A stretch of DNA of 64,000 bases. It comes from an uncultured delta proteobacterium (GTDB taxonomy: Bacteria; Desulfobacterota; Desulfobacteria; Desulfobacterales; SG8-13). A program made the translations under genes and the position numbers. The DNA lies in contig CAWKCK010000017.1 in the NCBI GenBank assembly GCA_963848135.1, positions 310,001 through 374,000 of the forward strand, in the 5' to 3' direction. Every line of letters starts with the position of its first letter. The first letter of the stretch is position 1. Below, piece after piece: positions 52,703-64,000 of the stretch. The notes under the pieces are model-generated. The model was not told the DNA's origin and ran no database searches. It saw only the letters and a program-made list of their open reading frames with translations.

Positions 52703-52886
52703 GGGTCACCTCCTCGGCCGTTACGAGATGCGATACCGCGTTGACCATTCCCCGTATTGCCGGTGTGTTTTCGCGCAACACACTCCTGTTTACCTTTTTC
52801 AATCCCAGGCCCCGCAAGACCAAGCGATGTTTCTCCGGCCTTCCGATCATACTTTTTACCAGTGTGATTCTCAGTTTCCCTGACAT
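52692..52886 (-). CDS. rpmD: 50S ribosomal protein L30
   Basis: [16 protein letters not shown]. Confidence 0.96.
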   Translation of the reverse strand: MSGKLRITLVKSMIGRPEKHRLVLRGLGLKKVNRSVLRENTPAIRGMVNAVSHLVTAEEVTHEA

Positions 52887-52953
52887 CGATCTAATCCCTT
52901 CCGGCCATAGTCGGGCGCTAACCTTTGGGAAAAGGTAGCGAATGAGCCGTTAA

Positions 52954-53448
52954 TTACAGTTCCTCGGCGTTGACGCCGCGGCGGTTGGCAACCTGCTCCC
53001 GGCTTTGAAGCTGCTGGAGGCCATCGATGGTAGCTTTAACCACATTGTGTGGATTGTGAGATCCCATACATTTGGTGAGAATATTCTGCACCCCTGCCGC
53101 TTCGAGAACGGCACGGACGGCACCACCGGCAATCAGCCCCGTACCCGCAGAAGCCGGCTTCAACATAACCTTTCCGGCGCCGAAGCGGCCCAGGGTTTCA
53201 TATGGAACTGTCCCGTCAACCAGTGGAATGTCGATCATATTCTTTTTGGCATTCTCCACGCCTTTCCGGATCGCCTCGGGCACCTCACCGGCTTTACCTA
53301 AACCAGCGCCAACACTACCGTTACCGTCACCGACGACAACGATGGCGCTGAAACTGAATCTTCGCCCACCCTTGACGACCTTTGCCACGCGATTGATGTG
53401 GACAACCTTATCTATCAATTGATATTCGTCTGTATCCTGTTTGTACAA
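52954..53448 (-). CDS. rpsE: 30S ribosomal protein S5
   Basis: [17 protein letters not shown] start after GGAGG. Confidence 0.97.
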   Translation of the reverse strand: MYKQDTDEYQLIDKVVHINRVAKVVKGGRRFSFSAIVVVGDGNGSVGAGLGKAGEVPEAIRKGVENAKKNMIDIPLVDGTVPYETLGRFGAGKVMLKPASAGTGLIAGGAVRAVLEAAGVQNILTKCMGSHNPHNVVKATIDGLQQLQSREQVANRRGVNAEEL

Positions 53449-53487
53449 GGACCCGCCTCCTTTATTCGCTCCCAAAGATAATCTGCT

Positions 53488-53856
53488 TTAGAGTACCAGA
53501 CCGCCTTCCCGCGCTCCTTCCGAAACCGCTTTAACACGGCCGTGGTAAAGAAATCCGTTGCGATCGAAGACGACCTTTTTGACGCCTTTTCCTATCGCCC
53601 GTTCCGCAATCAATTTACCAATCTGGTTGGCAACAGCAGACTTCTTCCCGACCTTGGAACCTTCCTTGAAGATTTTTTCGGCGCTGGAAGCCGCTACTAA
53701 GGTTCGACCGCTCAAATCGTCGATGACCTGGGCATAAATATGCCGGGCGCTTCGAAAAACACTCAACCGCGGTCTGTCTGTTGTTCCGAAGATTTTTTTT
53801 CTGATTCTTTTTTTTCGTTTTAATCGTGCCGCTTTTTTTGTATTTACCGAACCCAT
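53488..53856 (-). CDS. rplR: 50S ribosomal protein L18
   Basis: [18 protein letters not shown]. Confidence 0.98.
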   Translation of the reverse strand: MGSVNTKKAARLKRKKRIRKKIFGTTDRPRLSVFRSARHIYAQVIDDLSGRTLVAASSAEKIFKEGSKVGKKSAVANQIGKLIAERAIGKGVKKVVFDRNGFLYHGRVKAVSEGAREGGLVL

Positions 53857-53942
53857 CTCTAAGTATCCTGAGTGTTGTTTTTTCTGTATTTATGATTTAG
53901 TTAAAATTTCCCCGCGGCCACTCAACCAAAGCGGAGTCCAGG

Positions 53943-54482
53943 CTATTTGGTGCCTGTCTTCCCGGCCTTGCGCCGAATGAACTCCTCCGCGTATTTTATA
54001 CCCTTACCTTTATATGGCTCCGGTGGTCGCAACCGGCGAATGGACGCCGCGGTCTGGCCGAGCAGTTCCTTGTCGATTCCTGAAAGCTTAACCACATTGT
54101 TGCGTTCCACGCTGGCGGAAATACCCTCCGGCAGTTGAAAATCGATAGGATGAGAGTACCCCAAATTAAGCACAATCGCTTTTCCTTTAATTTCAGCACG
54201 ATAGCCGATACCATTAATTTCCAGAACCCGCTCGAAACCGGCGTCCACTCCGGTCACCATGTTCTGAATAAGACTGCGTGTCAGCCCGCGTAAGGCCTGG
54301 CTGTTCTTATCATCTTTCAATGGTTCCACGGCAATCACACCCTCTGTCATCTTCAGCGTTACCGCAGGATGAATGGATCGACTCAATTTGCCCTTCTGCC
54401 CCTGAACCGTCAATTCTCCACTTTGATAAGAGACTTTAACTTTTTCAGGTATCGAGATTGGTTTCTTGCCTACGCGCGACAT
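53943..54482 (-). CDS. rplF: 50S ribosomal protein L6
   Basis: MSRVGK, PEPYKGKG. Confidence 0.98.
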   Translation of the reverse strand: MSRVGKKPISIPEKVKVSYQSGELTVQGQKGKLSRSIHPAVTLKMTEGVIAVEPLKDDKNSQALRGLTRSLIQNMVTGVDAGFERVLEINGIGYRAEIKGKAIVLNLGYSHPIDFQLPEGISASVERNNVVKLSGIDKELLGQTAASIRRLRPPEPYKGKGIKYAEEFIRRKAGKTGTK

Positions 54483-54558
54483 ATATCAACTCCTTCATGC
54501 TGCCCAAAACCGTGTTACCGGTATTGAACAAAAACAACAAGCCACAAAAATCAAACGA

Positions 54559-54957
54559 TTACCAGAGATCGCAAATATGTTCACCGCCGACGTTTTCAGC
54601 CCGGGCTTGTTTATCTGTCATTAGGCCCTTCGAGGTGGAGAGAACCGAAAGCCCCATACCGTTCATAACGGGTTTTACGTCTTTGCTTCGCAGGTAGATG
54701 CGCCGACTCGGTTTGCTGACGCGCGAAAGGCCCAGAAAGACGCTTTCCTGATTCTGTCCGTACTTGAGGTATACCCGAAGAATGCCTTGTTTTCCGTCTT
54801 TGATGAATTTGTAGTTCCGAATGAAGCCCTCTGTTTTCATAATTTTGGCCAGTTCTGTCTTAACATTCGACCCGGGAATGTCAACGCTGTTGAACCTTGC
54901 TTTCGCAGCGTTTCTGATGCGTGTCAGCATGTCCGCTATCGGATCACTCATCGTCAT
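54559..54957 (-). CDS. rpsH: 30S ribosomal protein S8
   Basis: DPIADMLTRIRNA. Confidence 0.98.
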   Translation of the reverse strand: MTMSDPIADMLTRIRNAAKARFNSVDIPGSNVKTELAKIMKTEGFIRNYKFIKDGKQGILRVYLKYGQNQESVFLGLSRVSKPSRRIYLRSKDVKPVMNGMGLSVLSTSKGLMTDKQARAENVGGEHICDLW

Positions 54958-55115
54958 AATTTTATCTCCGCGAATACCGTCGTTTTTCTAATGATATTGG
55001 GTAAGTCAATCGAAGCTTGATTGAGTCCTGATTTTAAGCGCTTAAATAAACCGGGCAGCCGGGTGATACACTCTGCTGCCGGCGCTCAAGTATATATAGA
55101 ATTCCCCGTTCAACG

Positions 55116-55301
55116 CTACCAACTCGACTTGATAACCCCGGGAAGTTTTCCGTGGGAAGCAAAATCGCGAAAGCAAATCCTGCATAACCCAAATTTTCTC
55201 ATATAGGCACGCGGTCTACCACAAATGGGGCATCGGTTGTAAGCCCGCACATTGAACTTGGGTTTACGCATAGCTTTTATTTTTAGCGACTTTTTGGCCA
55301 A
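55116..55301 (-). CDS. rpsN: 30S ribosomal protein S14, short Zn-binding type
   Basis: RCPICGR..LCRICFR; TTG start, 61 aa. Confidence 0.97.
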   Translation of the reverse strand: MAKKSLKIKAMRKPKFNVRAYNRCPICGRPRAYMRKFGLCRICFRDFASHGKLPGVIKSSW

Positions 55302-55350
55302 ACCATCCTCCTTTAGCAACCAGGAACCGGAATCCCGGGTAAAAAATGTA

Positions 55351-55890
55351 TTAATTCCTGAACGGCATACCCAGAAGACGAAGCAACTCTCGGCCTTCCG
55401 CGTCGGTCCCGGCGGTGGTCACAATAGACACATTCAACCCTTTGATCTTATCAATTTTATCGTAATCGATCTCCGGGAAAATGATCTGTTCTTTTATCCC
55501 AAGGCTGTAATTCCCGGAGCCATCCATGGCTTTCGGCGAAAGACCCCGGAAATCCCTCACTCTCGGCAACGCGATGCCGACGAGTTTAGTGAAGAAGTCG
55601 TACATCCGATCGTGCCTCAATGTGACCATACAGCCGATCGGCATTCCGGTACGCAGCTTGAAGGCAGCAATCGATCGTCTGGAACGGGTGATAACCGGGC
55701 GCTGCCCGGCAATCGCCTGTAGTTCTTCAACCGCCGAATCAAGTATCTTAATGTTTTGGATCGCTTCCCCTAATCCCATATTCAACGTAATCTTGTCGAG
55801 TTTGGGAACCTGCATGATGTTACTGTACTTAAAGGCCTCTTTAAGCTGGGGTACGACCGTTTCATGATAGTATTGTTTGAGCTGGGGCAT
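55351..55890 (-). CDS. rplE: 50S ribosomal protein L5
   Basis: [15 protein letters not shown]. Confidence 0.98.
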   Translation of the reverse strand: MPQLKQYYHETVVPQLKEAFKYSNIMQVPKLDKITLNMGLGEAIQNIKILDSAVEELQAIAGQRPVITRSRRSIAAFKLRTGMPIGCMVTLRHDRMYDFFTKLVGIALPRVRDFRGLSPKAMDGSGNYSLGIKEQIIFPEIDYDKIDKIKGLNVSIVTTAGTDAEGRELLRLLGMPFRN

Positions 55891-55903
55891 CAATTTCCTC
55901 CAC

Positions 55904-56233
55904 TTAACTGTCGATAATCTCGTCGCACTTGCTGCAGGCCCGCACTTTTTTCCCGTTCTCTAGACGCTGCATTTTGACACGCGTCGGAGACATGCACTTG
56001 CTGCACATAAGCATCAGATTCGACCAGTGGATCGCTGCCTCACCTTCGACAATCCCGCCCTGTCGGTTCTGCGCGGATGGCCTTGCGTGCCGTTTTACCA
56101 TGTTTACATTTTCGACAAGGACCCTGTTTTTCTTATTGTTTACCTTCAAAACCTTGCCGATCTTGCCCTTGTCTTTTCCGGTAACGACCTTGACTTTGTC
56201 GTCTCTCTTCAATCTGCATTTGCTCGTGTTCAT
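55904..56233 (-). CDS. rplX: 50S ribosomal protein L24
   Basis: KOW motif [10 protein letters not shown]. Confidence 0.97.
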   Translation of the reverse strand: MNTSKCRLKRDDKVKVVTGKDKGKIGKVLKVNNKKNRVLVENVNMVKRHARPSAQNRQGGIVEGEAAIHWSNLMLMCSKCMSPTRVKMQRLENGKKVRACSKCDEIIDS

Positions 56234-56263
56234 CAACGCTCTCTCCACCTGCTGACCCGATTT

Positions 56264-56632
56264 TTATATGACTTCAGGTGCCAACGAAATAATCTTCATA
56301 AATCTCTTGGCGCGCAGTTCTCTGGCAACCGGCCCGAATATGCGTGTGCCTATGGGTTCTTGGCTACCCGATATGAGCACGGCTGAATTGTCGTCGAAAC
56401 GGATAAAGGAACCGTCCGGTCGTTGTATTTCTTTCTTGGTACGCACGATCACCGCTTTGAGGACATCGCCCTTTTTGACCTTTGCGTTCGGTATTGCTTC
56501 CTTAACGGTCACGACTACGATATCCCCTATTCTGGCATAGCGCCTCCGCGTGCCCCCCAGGACCTTGATACAACTTAGTACCTTCGCACCGGAGTTATCC
56601 GCCACCGTCAGTCTCGTCTCTGTCTGGATCAT
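56264..56632 (-). CDS. rplN: 50S ribosomal protein L14
   Basis: [19 protein letters not shown]. Confidence 0.98.
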   Translation of the reverse strand: MIQTETRLTVADNSGAKVLSCIKVLGGTRRRYARIGDIVVVTVKEAIPNAKVKKGDVLKAVIVRTKKEIQRPDGSFIRFDDNSAVLISGSQEPIGTRIFGPVARELRAKRFMKIISLAPEVI

Positions 56633-56653
56633 CGCTCTTAAGCCTCTCTAAAT

Positions 56654-56911
56654 TCAAACGGCCCTTTTCAGTATTTTGCTGACCTGCCACCGCTTGGTCC
56701 GACTTAGCGGGCGTGATTCAGTAATCAGCACTTTATCACCGGTACGGCACGAATTATCGGCGTCATGGGCGGCAAACTTGGATCGCCTCCGAATATACTT
56801 GTGGTACAATTGGTGTTTAACCAGTCTTTCCGTTTGTACGACGATAGTTTTTTCCATCTTGTCACTGACAACGATGCCGATCATCTGTCTTTTCATTCCA
56901 CGTTTTTTCAT
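56654..56911 (-). CDS. rpsQ: 30S ribosomal protein S17
   Basis: GIVVSDKMEKT, ESRPLS; start MKKRG. Confidence 0.96.
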   Translation of the reverse strand: MKKRGMKRQMIGIVVSDKMEKTIVVQTERLVKHQLYHKYIRRRSKFAAHDADNSCRTGDKVLITESRPLSRTKRWQVSKILKRAV

Positions 56912-56921
56912 GGCAGTTAGA

Positions 56922-57147
56922 CTACTTATCCGTTTGTTGGTTTTCGTTTTGGCGCTTGGACAGCTCTTCTTCCCGGATGATGGTCTGCACCCGTGCGATG
57001 TCACGTTTGGCCTGTTTGAGTTTCTGAGAGTTTTCGAGTTGCCCGGTTGCATGTTGAAATCTCAGGTTAAACAGCTCCTGTTTCAATTCGGTCGCTTTAC
57101 ACTTGCTTCTCGGACGGACTCATCCCTCTAATTTCACTGGCTTTCAT
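56922..57147 (-). pseudogene. rpmC: 50S ribosomal protein L29, frameshifted in this sequence (pseudogene or sequencing error)
   Basis: [16 protein letters not shown] then TAA (57099-57097); [23 protein letters not shown]...RDIARVQT continues in the +1 frame. Confidence 0.85.
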
Positions 57148-57560
57148 GCTACAAGGCTCCTTTCCACAAATTTCGTCTTAACCGCAAGCTTGTGCGCAGC
57201 CAGCCGGAAAGCCTCCATGGCGACTTCCCGTGAAACGCCTTCCATCTCATAAAGAATTCGACCGGGCCGAATGACGGCGACCCAACCTTCCGGAGCCCCC
57301 TTACCTTTACCCATGCGCACCTCGGCCGGTTTCTTGGTAATCGGTTTGTCCGGAAAAATTCGAATCCAGATTCTCGCCCCTCTTTTCACATGCCGCGTCA
57401 TCGCAATACGGGCAGCCTCAATCTGGCGCGAAGAAATCCAACCGCAATCGACAGCCTGCAAACCATATTGTCCGAAATTAAGATGACTGCCTCTGCGAGA
57501 GGTGCCCTTCATTCTGCCTTTCTGCTGTTTTCTGAATTTTACTTTCTTGGGGCTAAGCAT
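57144..57560 (-). CDS. rplP: 50S ribosomal protein L16
   Basis: MLSPKK, RMGKGKG. Confidence 0.98.
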   Translation of the reverse strand: MLSPKKVKFRKQQKGRMKGTSRRGSHLNFGQYGLQAVDCGWISSRQIEAARIAMTRHVKRGARIWIRIFPDKPITKKPAEVRMGKGKGAPEGWVAVIRPGRILYEMEGVSREVAMEAFRLAAHKLAVKTKFVERSLVA

Positions 57561-57661
57561 TTGCTATGACTCCTGTTTCAGATGGGGCTTTCTGGGGCCC
57601 CGCCATCATCTTGTGTCGCTTTGAGGTATGCGCCGAACGGTAACTGCTGCTACCGATGCTC

Positions 57662-58315
57662 TTACTGATTGTCGTAATCTAGCTGGTCCTTCTTAAGGAC
57701 CTCGCCCTTGAATATAAATACCTTGACGCCGATGGCACCATATGTCGTTCGGGCAGTGGTAAACCCATAATCGATATCGGCCCGCAGGGTGTGCAACGGC
57801 ACACGGCCCTCCCTGTACCATTCACGCCTGGCCATTTCTGCACCACCCAATCGGCCGGCACATATCACCTTGACGCCTTGGGCGCCGAACCGCATGGCCG
57901 AAGATACACCACGTTTCATCGCCCGCCTGAAAGCCACCCGCCGCACGATCTGAAGCGCAATATTTTCAGCCACGAGTTGAGCGTCGATTTCGGGTTTTCG
58001 TATTTCCTGAATGTCGATCATCACCTCATGGTCGACCATCTTCTCAATTTCCTGTTTGAGAAGTGAAATCTCAGAACCCTTTTTCCCTATGACAATCCCC
58101 GGCCTGGAGGTAAAGATTCTCAGCCTGATGCGCTTGGAGGAGCGTTCGATTTCAATCCGGGAAACACCGGCGTGATAAAGCTTCTTTTTTACGAAGTCCC
58201 TGATCTTGTGATCTTCAAATATGTAATCGGCGTAGTTCTTGTCTGCGTACCAGCGTGATTCCCACGTTTTGACAATCCCTAATCTAAATCCGATCGGATT
58301 AACTTTCTGGCCCAA
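57662..58315 (-). CDS. rpsC: 30S ribosomal protein S3
   Basis: [23 protein letters not shown]. Confidence 0.98.
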   Translation of the reverse strand: MGQKVNPIGFRLGIVKTWESRWYADKNYADYIFEDHKIRDFVKKKLYHAGVSRIEIERSSKRIRLRIFTSRPGIVIGKKGSEISLLKQEIEKMVDHEVMIDIQEIRKPEIDAQLVAENIALQIVRRVAFRRAMKRGVSSAMRFGAQGVKVICAGRLGGAEMARREWYREGRVPLHTLRADIDYGFTTARTTYGAIGVKVFIFKGEVLKKDQLDYDNQ

Positions 58316-58333
58316 GCTGTTACCTCCTCTGGC

Positions 58334-58675
58334 TTATCTCGCCGATTGCTCTGCCAAAATGACAGTGATATGACTGGTTCTCTTCAGTATCCGTGCTCCC
58401 CGTCCGCGTGCCCTTGCCCGGAAACGCTTCAGGGTTGGTCCCTGGTCGGCAAGGATGTTGCTCACCACAAGATTGTCTACATCTACGTCGGTGTTCTGAT
58501 CCGCGTTGGCAACAGCGCTCCGCAACGTTTTCTCGACAATGCCGGCCGCTTTCATCGGCATGAACTTCAGAGCGTTGATAGCCGCTTCCACCGGTTGCCC
58601 CTTAACGGCGTCAACCAGTATTCGGACCTTACTGGGAGAAATGCGTGCGTACTTTGTGACAGCTCTAAACTCCAT
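58334..58675 (-). CDS. rplV: 50S ribosomal protein L22
   Basis: SAVANA, RARGR, TSHITV. Confidence 0.98.
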   Translation of the reverse strand: MEFRAVTKYARISPSKVRILVDAVKGQPVEAAINALKFMPMKAAGIVEKTLRSAVANADQNTDVDVDNLVVSNILADQGPTLKRFRARARGRGARILKRTSHITVILAEQSAR

Positions 58676-58783
58676 AGTGCGACGCGTCCTTTAATATTTT
58701 TTCTGTCGTCCGATAACGACAAGGTGAATCCCAAGGGCTGCACTTTGTTACGACGATTGCAGCCGAAGCATGGCCAATTTTTT

Positions 58784-59062
58784 TTACCTCAGCGACGATT
58801 TTTTGGATCCTGCGTGGCCGTAAAACGTCCGGGTGGGTGAAAACTCTCCCAGCTTGTGACCGACCATGTTTTCGGAAATGAAAACCGGTACAAATTTTTT
58901 GCCATTGTGCACAGCCAAGGTGATACCGACCATCTCCGGTACGATCGTCGACCGACGAGACCAGGTCTTGATGACCCTGTTGCTCCGGCTGTTCTGGGCC
59001 TCAGCGACCTTGAGCATCAATTTCGGCTCGACATAAGGTCCTTTTTTCAACGAGCGTGGCAT
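58784..59062 (-). CDS. rpsS: 30S ribosomal protein S19
   Basis: RSLKKGP, GHKLGEF. Confidence 0.98.
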   Translation of the reverse strand: MPRSLKKGPYVEPKLMLKVAEAQNSRSNRVIKTWSRRSTIVPEMVGITLAVHNGKKFVPVFISENMVGHKLGEFSPTRTFYGHAGSKKSSLR

Positions 59063-59184
59063 ATTCTCTCCTATCAGACTGTATGCCTGGCGTGACTTGA
59101 TAACTACGGCAGGCCGCGATGAATTTTTCTAAGTGTGATACTGCACCGCATGTCAGCGTAAGCGATCGCGGCTTTACAGACCTA

Positions 59185-60012
59185 TTATTTGTTGCGCCGT
59201 TTGACAATTAAACGGTTGCTGCGTTTGGTCCGTTTCCTGGTTTTGTATCCTTTTGTGGGCATGCCCCAGGGGCTGCAAGGATGTCGTCCTCCCGAAGACC
59301 GCCCTTCACCACCACCCATCGGATGGTCAACCGGATTCATGGCCACCCCTCGTACCCGGGGACGACGTCCGAGCCAGCGCGCCCGACCGGCCTTACCAGC
59401 GGAAATGTTTTCATGCTCAACGTTTCCGAGTTGACCAATCGTGGCCTGGCAATTCAAGAGAACCATACGCACTTCCCCGGAAGGGAGCTTTATCAGCGCA
59501 TAACGATCCTCTTTTGCCATTAACTGGGCAAAAGTTCCGGCACTGCGGACAACCTGCCCACCGCACCCGGCCCGTAACTCAACGTTATGGATATGAGTCC
59601 CCAGCGGGATATGGCGCAGCGGCAAAGCATTGCCGGGCTTTATGTCGGCTTCAGGACCTGATTCCACCATGTCGCCCACGTTCAGATTGAGCGGGGCTAA
59701 TATATATCGTTTTTCACCATCGACATAGTGCAGCAGCGCGATCCGTGCGCTCCGGTTCGGATCGTATTCAATCGTGGCGACCTTTGCCGGAATACCTATT
59801 TTATCACGTCTGAAATCGATAACGCGATAGTGCCGTTTGTGACCGCCACCACGATGCCGGCAAGTAATGCGTCCTCTGGCGTTGCGTCCGCCACTTTTTG
59901 ACAGAGGTCGCAGTAAACTTTTTTCGGGAGTGGTTCTGGAAATCTCCTCAAACCCAGAATATCCCTGGAACCGTCGCCCCGGTGATGTCGGTTTTACTTT
60001 TTTTACACCCAT
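59185..60012 (-). CDS. rplB: 50S ribosomal protein L2
   Basis: [19 protein letters not shown]. Confidence 0.98.
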   Translation of the reverse strand: MGVKKVKPTSPGRRFQGYSGFEEISRTTPEKSLLRPLSKSGGRNARGRITCRHRGGGHKRHYRVIDFRRDKIGIPAKVATIEYDPNRSARIALLHYVDGEKRYILAPLNLNVGDMVESGPEADIKPGNALPLRHIPLGTHIHNVELRAGCGGQVVRSAGTFAQLMAKEDRYALIKLPSGEVRMVLLNCQATIGQLGNVEHENISAGKAGRARWLGRRPRVRGVAMNPVDHPMGGGEGRSSGGRHPCSPWGMPTKGYKTRKRTKRSNRLIVKRRNK

Positions 60013-60081
60013 GCCTTGCTCCTAAGACCGAAGACCAATTATCATTATTCCTATGGTTAAGACCGCCATTCTGGTCAGCGC

Positions 60082-60372
60082 TTAAACCCCTTCGAAAAAT
60101 TCGATCCGTTCACCGGGCTTCAAAGTCACAATGGCTTTCTTCCAATCCCGACGTTTACCGAGAGAGCGACCTCTGCGTTTGATCTTACCTTTAACCTGCA
60201 TGGTTCTCACATTTTCGACCTTGACGCTGAAAATCCGCTCAATCGCTCTTCGAATTTCTATCCGGTTCGCTTTTCGATCGACCTCAAAAGTGACCTGATT
60301 TGCAGCTTCCTTCTGAATATTCGTTTTTTCCGTGACCAGAGGCCTCCTGATGATGTCATATAGCATCGTCAT
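60082..60372 (-). CDS. rplW: 50S ribosomal protein L23
   Basis: [14 protein letters not shown]. Confidence 0.98.
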   Translation of the reverse strand: MTMLYDIIRRPLVTEKTNIQKEAANQVTFEVDRKANRIEIRRAIERIFSVKVENVRTMQVKGKIKRRGRSLGKRRDWKKAIVTLKPGERIEFFEGV

Positions 60373-60992
60373 GTCAAAAGCCTCCCTTCGATGTCATTAA
60401 TTGCAGGCTCCACCAGAACCAGGTTTTTGTATTTGAGAATATCGTAAACATTCAGCCCTTCACTTCTGAGTACCTTTATGTTTGGTACATTCCGGGAAGA
60501 AAGCTCAAGTGTTTCGTTTTTTTGATCCGTCACTATCAACGCATTGTCGACTTTCAGCGCTTGGATAATATTGATGAAATCTTTGGTTTTCACCTGTGCC
60601 AGGTCAAATTTGTCAAGCACAACCAGCTCGTGGTCCTGCAGCTTGCACGTCAGGGCCATCTTCAGCGCCAGTCGTCTTACTTTTTTGGGAACCTTATAGG
60701 CATAGGATCTCGGTTTCGGGCCAAAAACCACTCCGCCGCCGCGCAATAGCGGAGACTTAATGTCACCGCGGCGGGCCCTGCCGGTCCCTTTCTGTCTGAA
60801 GAGCTTTCGCGTGCTGCCGCGAATTTCGCCACGCTGTTTTGTGGAAGCGCTACCCGCCCGTCGACCGGCAAGCTGTGCGATCACAACTTCGTGCAGCACT
60901 CCCGGCTTGGGCGGAACGCTGAAGAGGGCGTCAGAGAGTTCCCGTTCGGAAACCTTTTCCCCTTTACTATTCAACACATTTATCACTGCCAT
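60369..60992 (-). CDS. rplD: 50S ribosomal protein L4
   Basis: [19 protein letters not shown]. Confidence 0.98.
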   Translation of the reverse strand: MAVINVLNSKGEKVSERELSDALFSVPPKPGVLHEVVIAQLAGRRAGSASTKQRGEIRGSTRKLFRQKGTGRARRGDIKSPLLRGGGVVFGPKPRSYAYKVPKKVRRLALKMALTCKLQDHELVVLDKFDLAQVKTKDFINIIQALKVDNALIVTDQKNETLELSSRNVPNIKVLRSEGLNVYDILKYKNLVLVEPAINDIEGRLLT

Positions 60993-61091
60993 GGTTATCC
61001 CCACTGAAGTTCCCTTGAACGACGGTCAGCCGCTTATAAAGGGGCCGGCCCCGGTCATTCGAGCGACCCGAACGGGAACCTCGTTATAGAA

Positions 61092-61733
61092 TCATGAATT
61101 CTTCACTGCGAATTTTAATTTTTTCACTATTACCGGGCTTGAAACACTTCCTGGTACTGCCCCTTTTAGAAAAATCAGATTCTCCTCGGGACGAATGTCG
61201 ACGATTTTGATGTTGCGCACGGTCTGCCTGTCCGTGCCATAGTGCCCCGGCATTTTTTTACCCTTGATGACCTTCGAAGGCGATGCGCTGCATCCGATCG
61301 ACCCGGGTGGTCTGACGTTTTTACTTCCATGACCGGCAGGGCCGCGGTGAAAGCCGTGACGCTTGATAACGCCTGCAAAACCCCGCCCTTTCGTCGTCCC
61401 AACGATATCCACTCGTTCACCTATGCTGAACAGATCCAGTGTTACCTGCTGGCCGAGAGTAAACTCTTCCGGCTTTTCCACTGAGACCTCACGCACAAAA
61501 GCAAAACCGTTAGCGCCACTGCCTTTCAAATGTCCACGCATTGGCTTATTGATGCGCTTGGCCTTCTTTTCGCCGAACCCGAGCTGAAGAGCATCATACC
61601 CATCCCTGGCTGCCGTCTTAATCTGAGTAACAACGCAGGGCCCCGCCTCCACTACCGTAACCGGTACCAACTCGCCTTCGGGGGTAAAAAACCCTGTCAT
61701 TCCCAGTTTTCTTCCCATCAATCCCTTGCACAT
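61092..61733 (-). CDS. rplC: 50S ribosomal protein L3
   Basis: KLGMT, KGRGFAG, KGAVPG. Confidence 0.98.
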   Translation of the reverse strand: MCKGLMGRKLGMTGFFTPEGELVPVTVVEAGPCVVTQIKTAARDGYDALQLGFGEKKAKRINKPMRGHLKGSGANGFAFVREVSVEKPEEFTLGQQVTLDLFSIGERVDIVGTTKGRGFAGVIKRHGFHRGPAGHGSKNVRPPGSIGCSASPSKVIKGKKMPGHYGTDRQTVRNIKIVDIRPEENLIFLKGAVPGSVSSPVIVKKLKFAVKNS

Positions 61734-61880
61734 ATGCTTGTCCAATCCTTCTGTACATCATTAACTGTCGTCCGGCGCATTCGGTAAACCGTGCGGCTGT
61801 CTGCAGCCCGACAGGTAATTCGTATCGGTCACAAAACGTTTGACTATCCGTGAACTGAGCCGATATTTTCAAAAATTTTA

Positions 61881-62192
61881 CTATAACTTGATTTCGACAT
61901 CCACACCTGGTGATAGGTCCAACTGCATGAGGGCATCCACCGTTTGCTGGGTCGGTTCAATAATATCCAACAAACGCTTATGGGTGCGCATTTCGAACTG
62001 CTCGCGGGACTTTTTGTCGATGTGAGGCGATCTCAAAACGCAAAACTTGTTAATTTGTGTCGGCAATGGAATTGGGCCGACAACTTTGGCCCCAGTTTTA
62101 TTGGCCGTGTCGACAATATCCGTGACGGATTGATCCAAAAGTTTGTGGTCGTACGCTTTCAATCTGATTCTTATTTTTGTGTTTGCTATCAT
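61881..62192 (-). CDS. rpsJ: 30S ribosomal protein S10
   Basis: [17 protein letters not shown]. Confidence 0.98.
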   Translation of the reverse strand: MIANTKIRIRLKAYDHKLLDQSVTDIVDTANKTGAKVVGPIPLPTQINKFCVLRSPHIDKKSREQFEMRTHKRLLDIIEPTQQTVDALMQLDLSPGVDVEIKL

Positions 62193-62219
62193 ATAGGTAA
62201 TCTTCCACCGCTAAGTCCG

Positions 62220-63413
<1,194 letters not shown>

Positions 63414-63507
63414 CTTTTCGTCCTCCCCTTAATGAATCGTAAAAAGCACAGTGCAAAGTGTTCGGTATAACAGGCAAAATTCACATTGCCGCCTTGCTCT
63501 CTGCCAT

Positions 63508-63981
<474 letters not shown>

Positions 63982-64000
63982 CTACACCATTGATTCGTCT

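Noticed and set aside
55904..56020. Two CxxC motifs in L24
   Set aside because: Zn-ribbon forms of L24 are common in anaerobes and thermophiles

Overview
Bacterial chromosomal window, probably an anaerobic Desulfobacterota/Desulfobacterales-like organism (inferred from gene content and style, not from a database search). 1-10.8 kb: a corrinoid-dependent methyl-transfer cluster (two MtaA/CmuA-family methyltransferases, an MtrH-like protein, DUF2284- and DUF1638-like proteins) beside a V4R-V4R-PAS kinase-NarL regulator module, a CobW GTPase and an FGE-sulfatase-domain gene. 10.9-14.8 kb: a minus-strand operon with a TSCPD/degenerate metallophosphoesterase fusion, a small thioredoxin-like protein with an in-frame TGA in a UxxC motif plus a SECIS-like hairpin (probable selenoprotein, truncated in the ORF track), a coil-less mini-SMC ATPase ending in Cys-Cys, a YkgJ-type Cys-cluster protein and a PrmA-like methyltransferase. 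15-46.6 kb: metabolic, transport and signalling genes (MFS, adenine deaminase, USP, ExeA-TPR, Cys-rich kinases, TRAP transporter, CoA-transferase, GGDEF), a decayed transposase region at 26-29.3 kb and a 146-bp MITE-like element. 46.9-64 kb: the str-S10-spc-alpha ribosomal supercluster, with no fusA between rpsG and tuf and an apparently frameshifted rpmC. No rRNA, tRNA or CRISPR array was recognised. Family calls come from motif recognition by eye.
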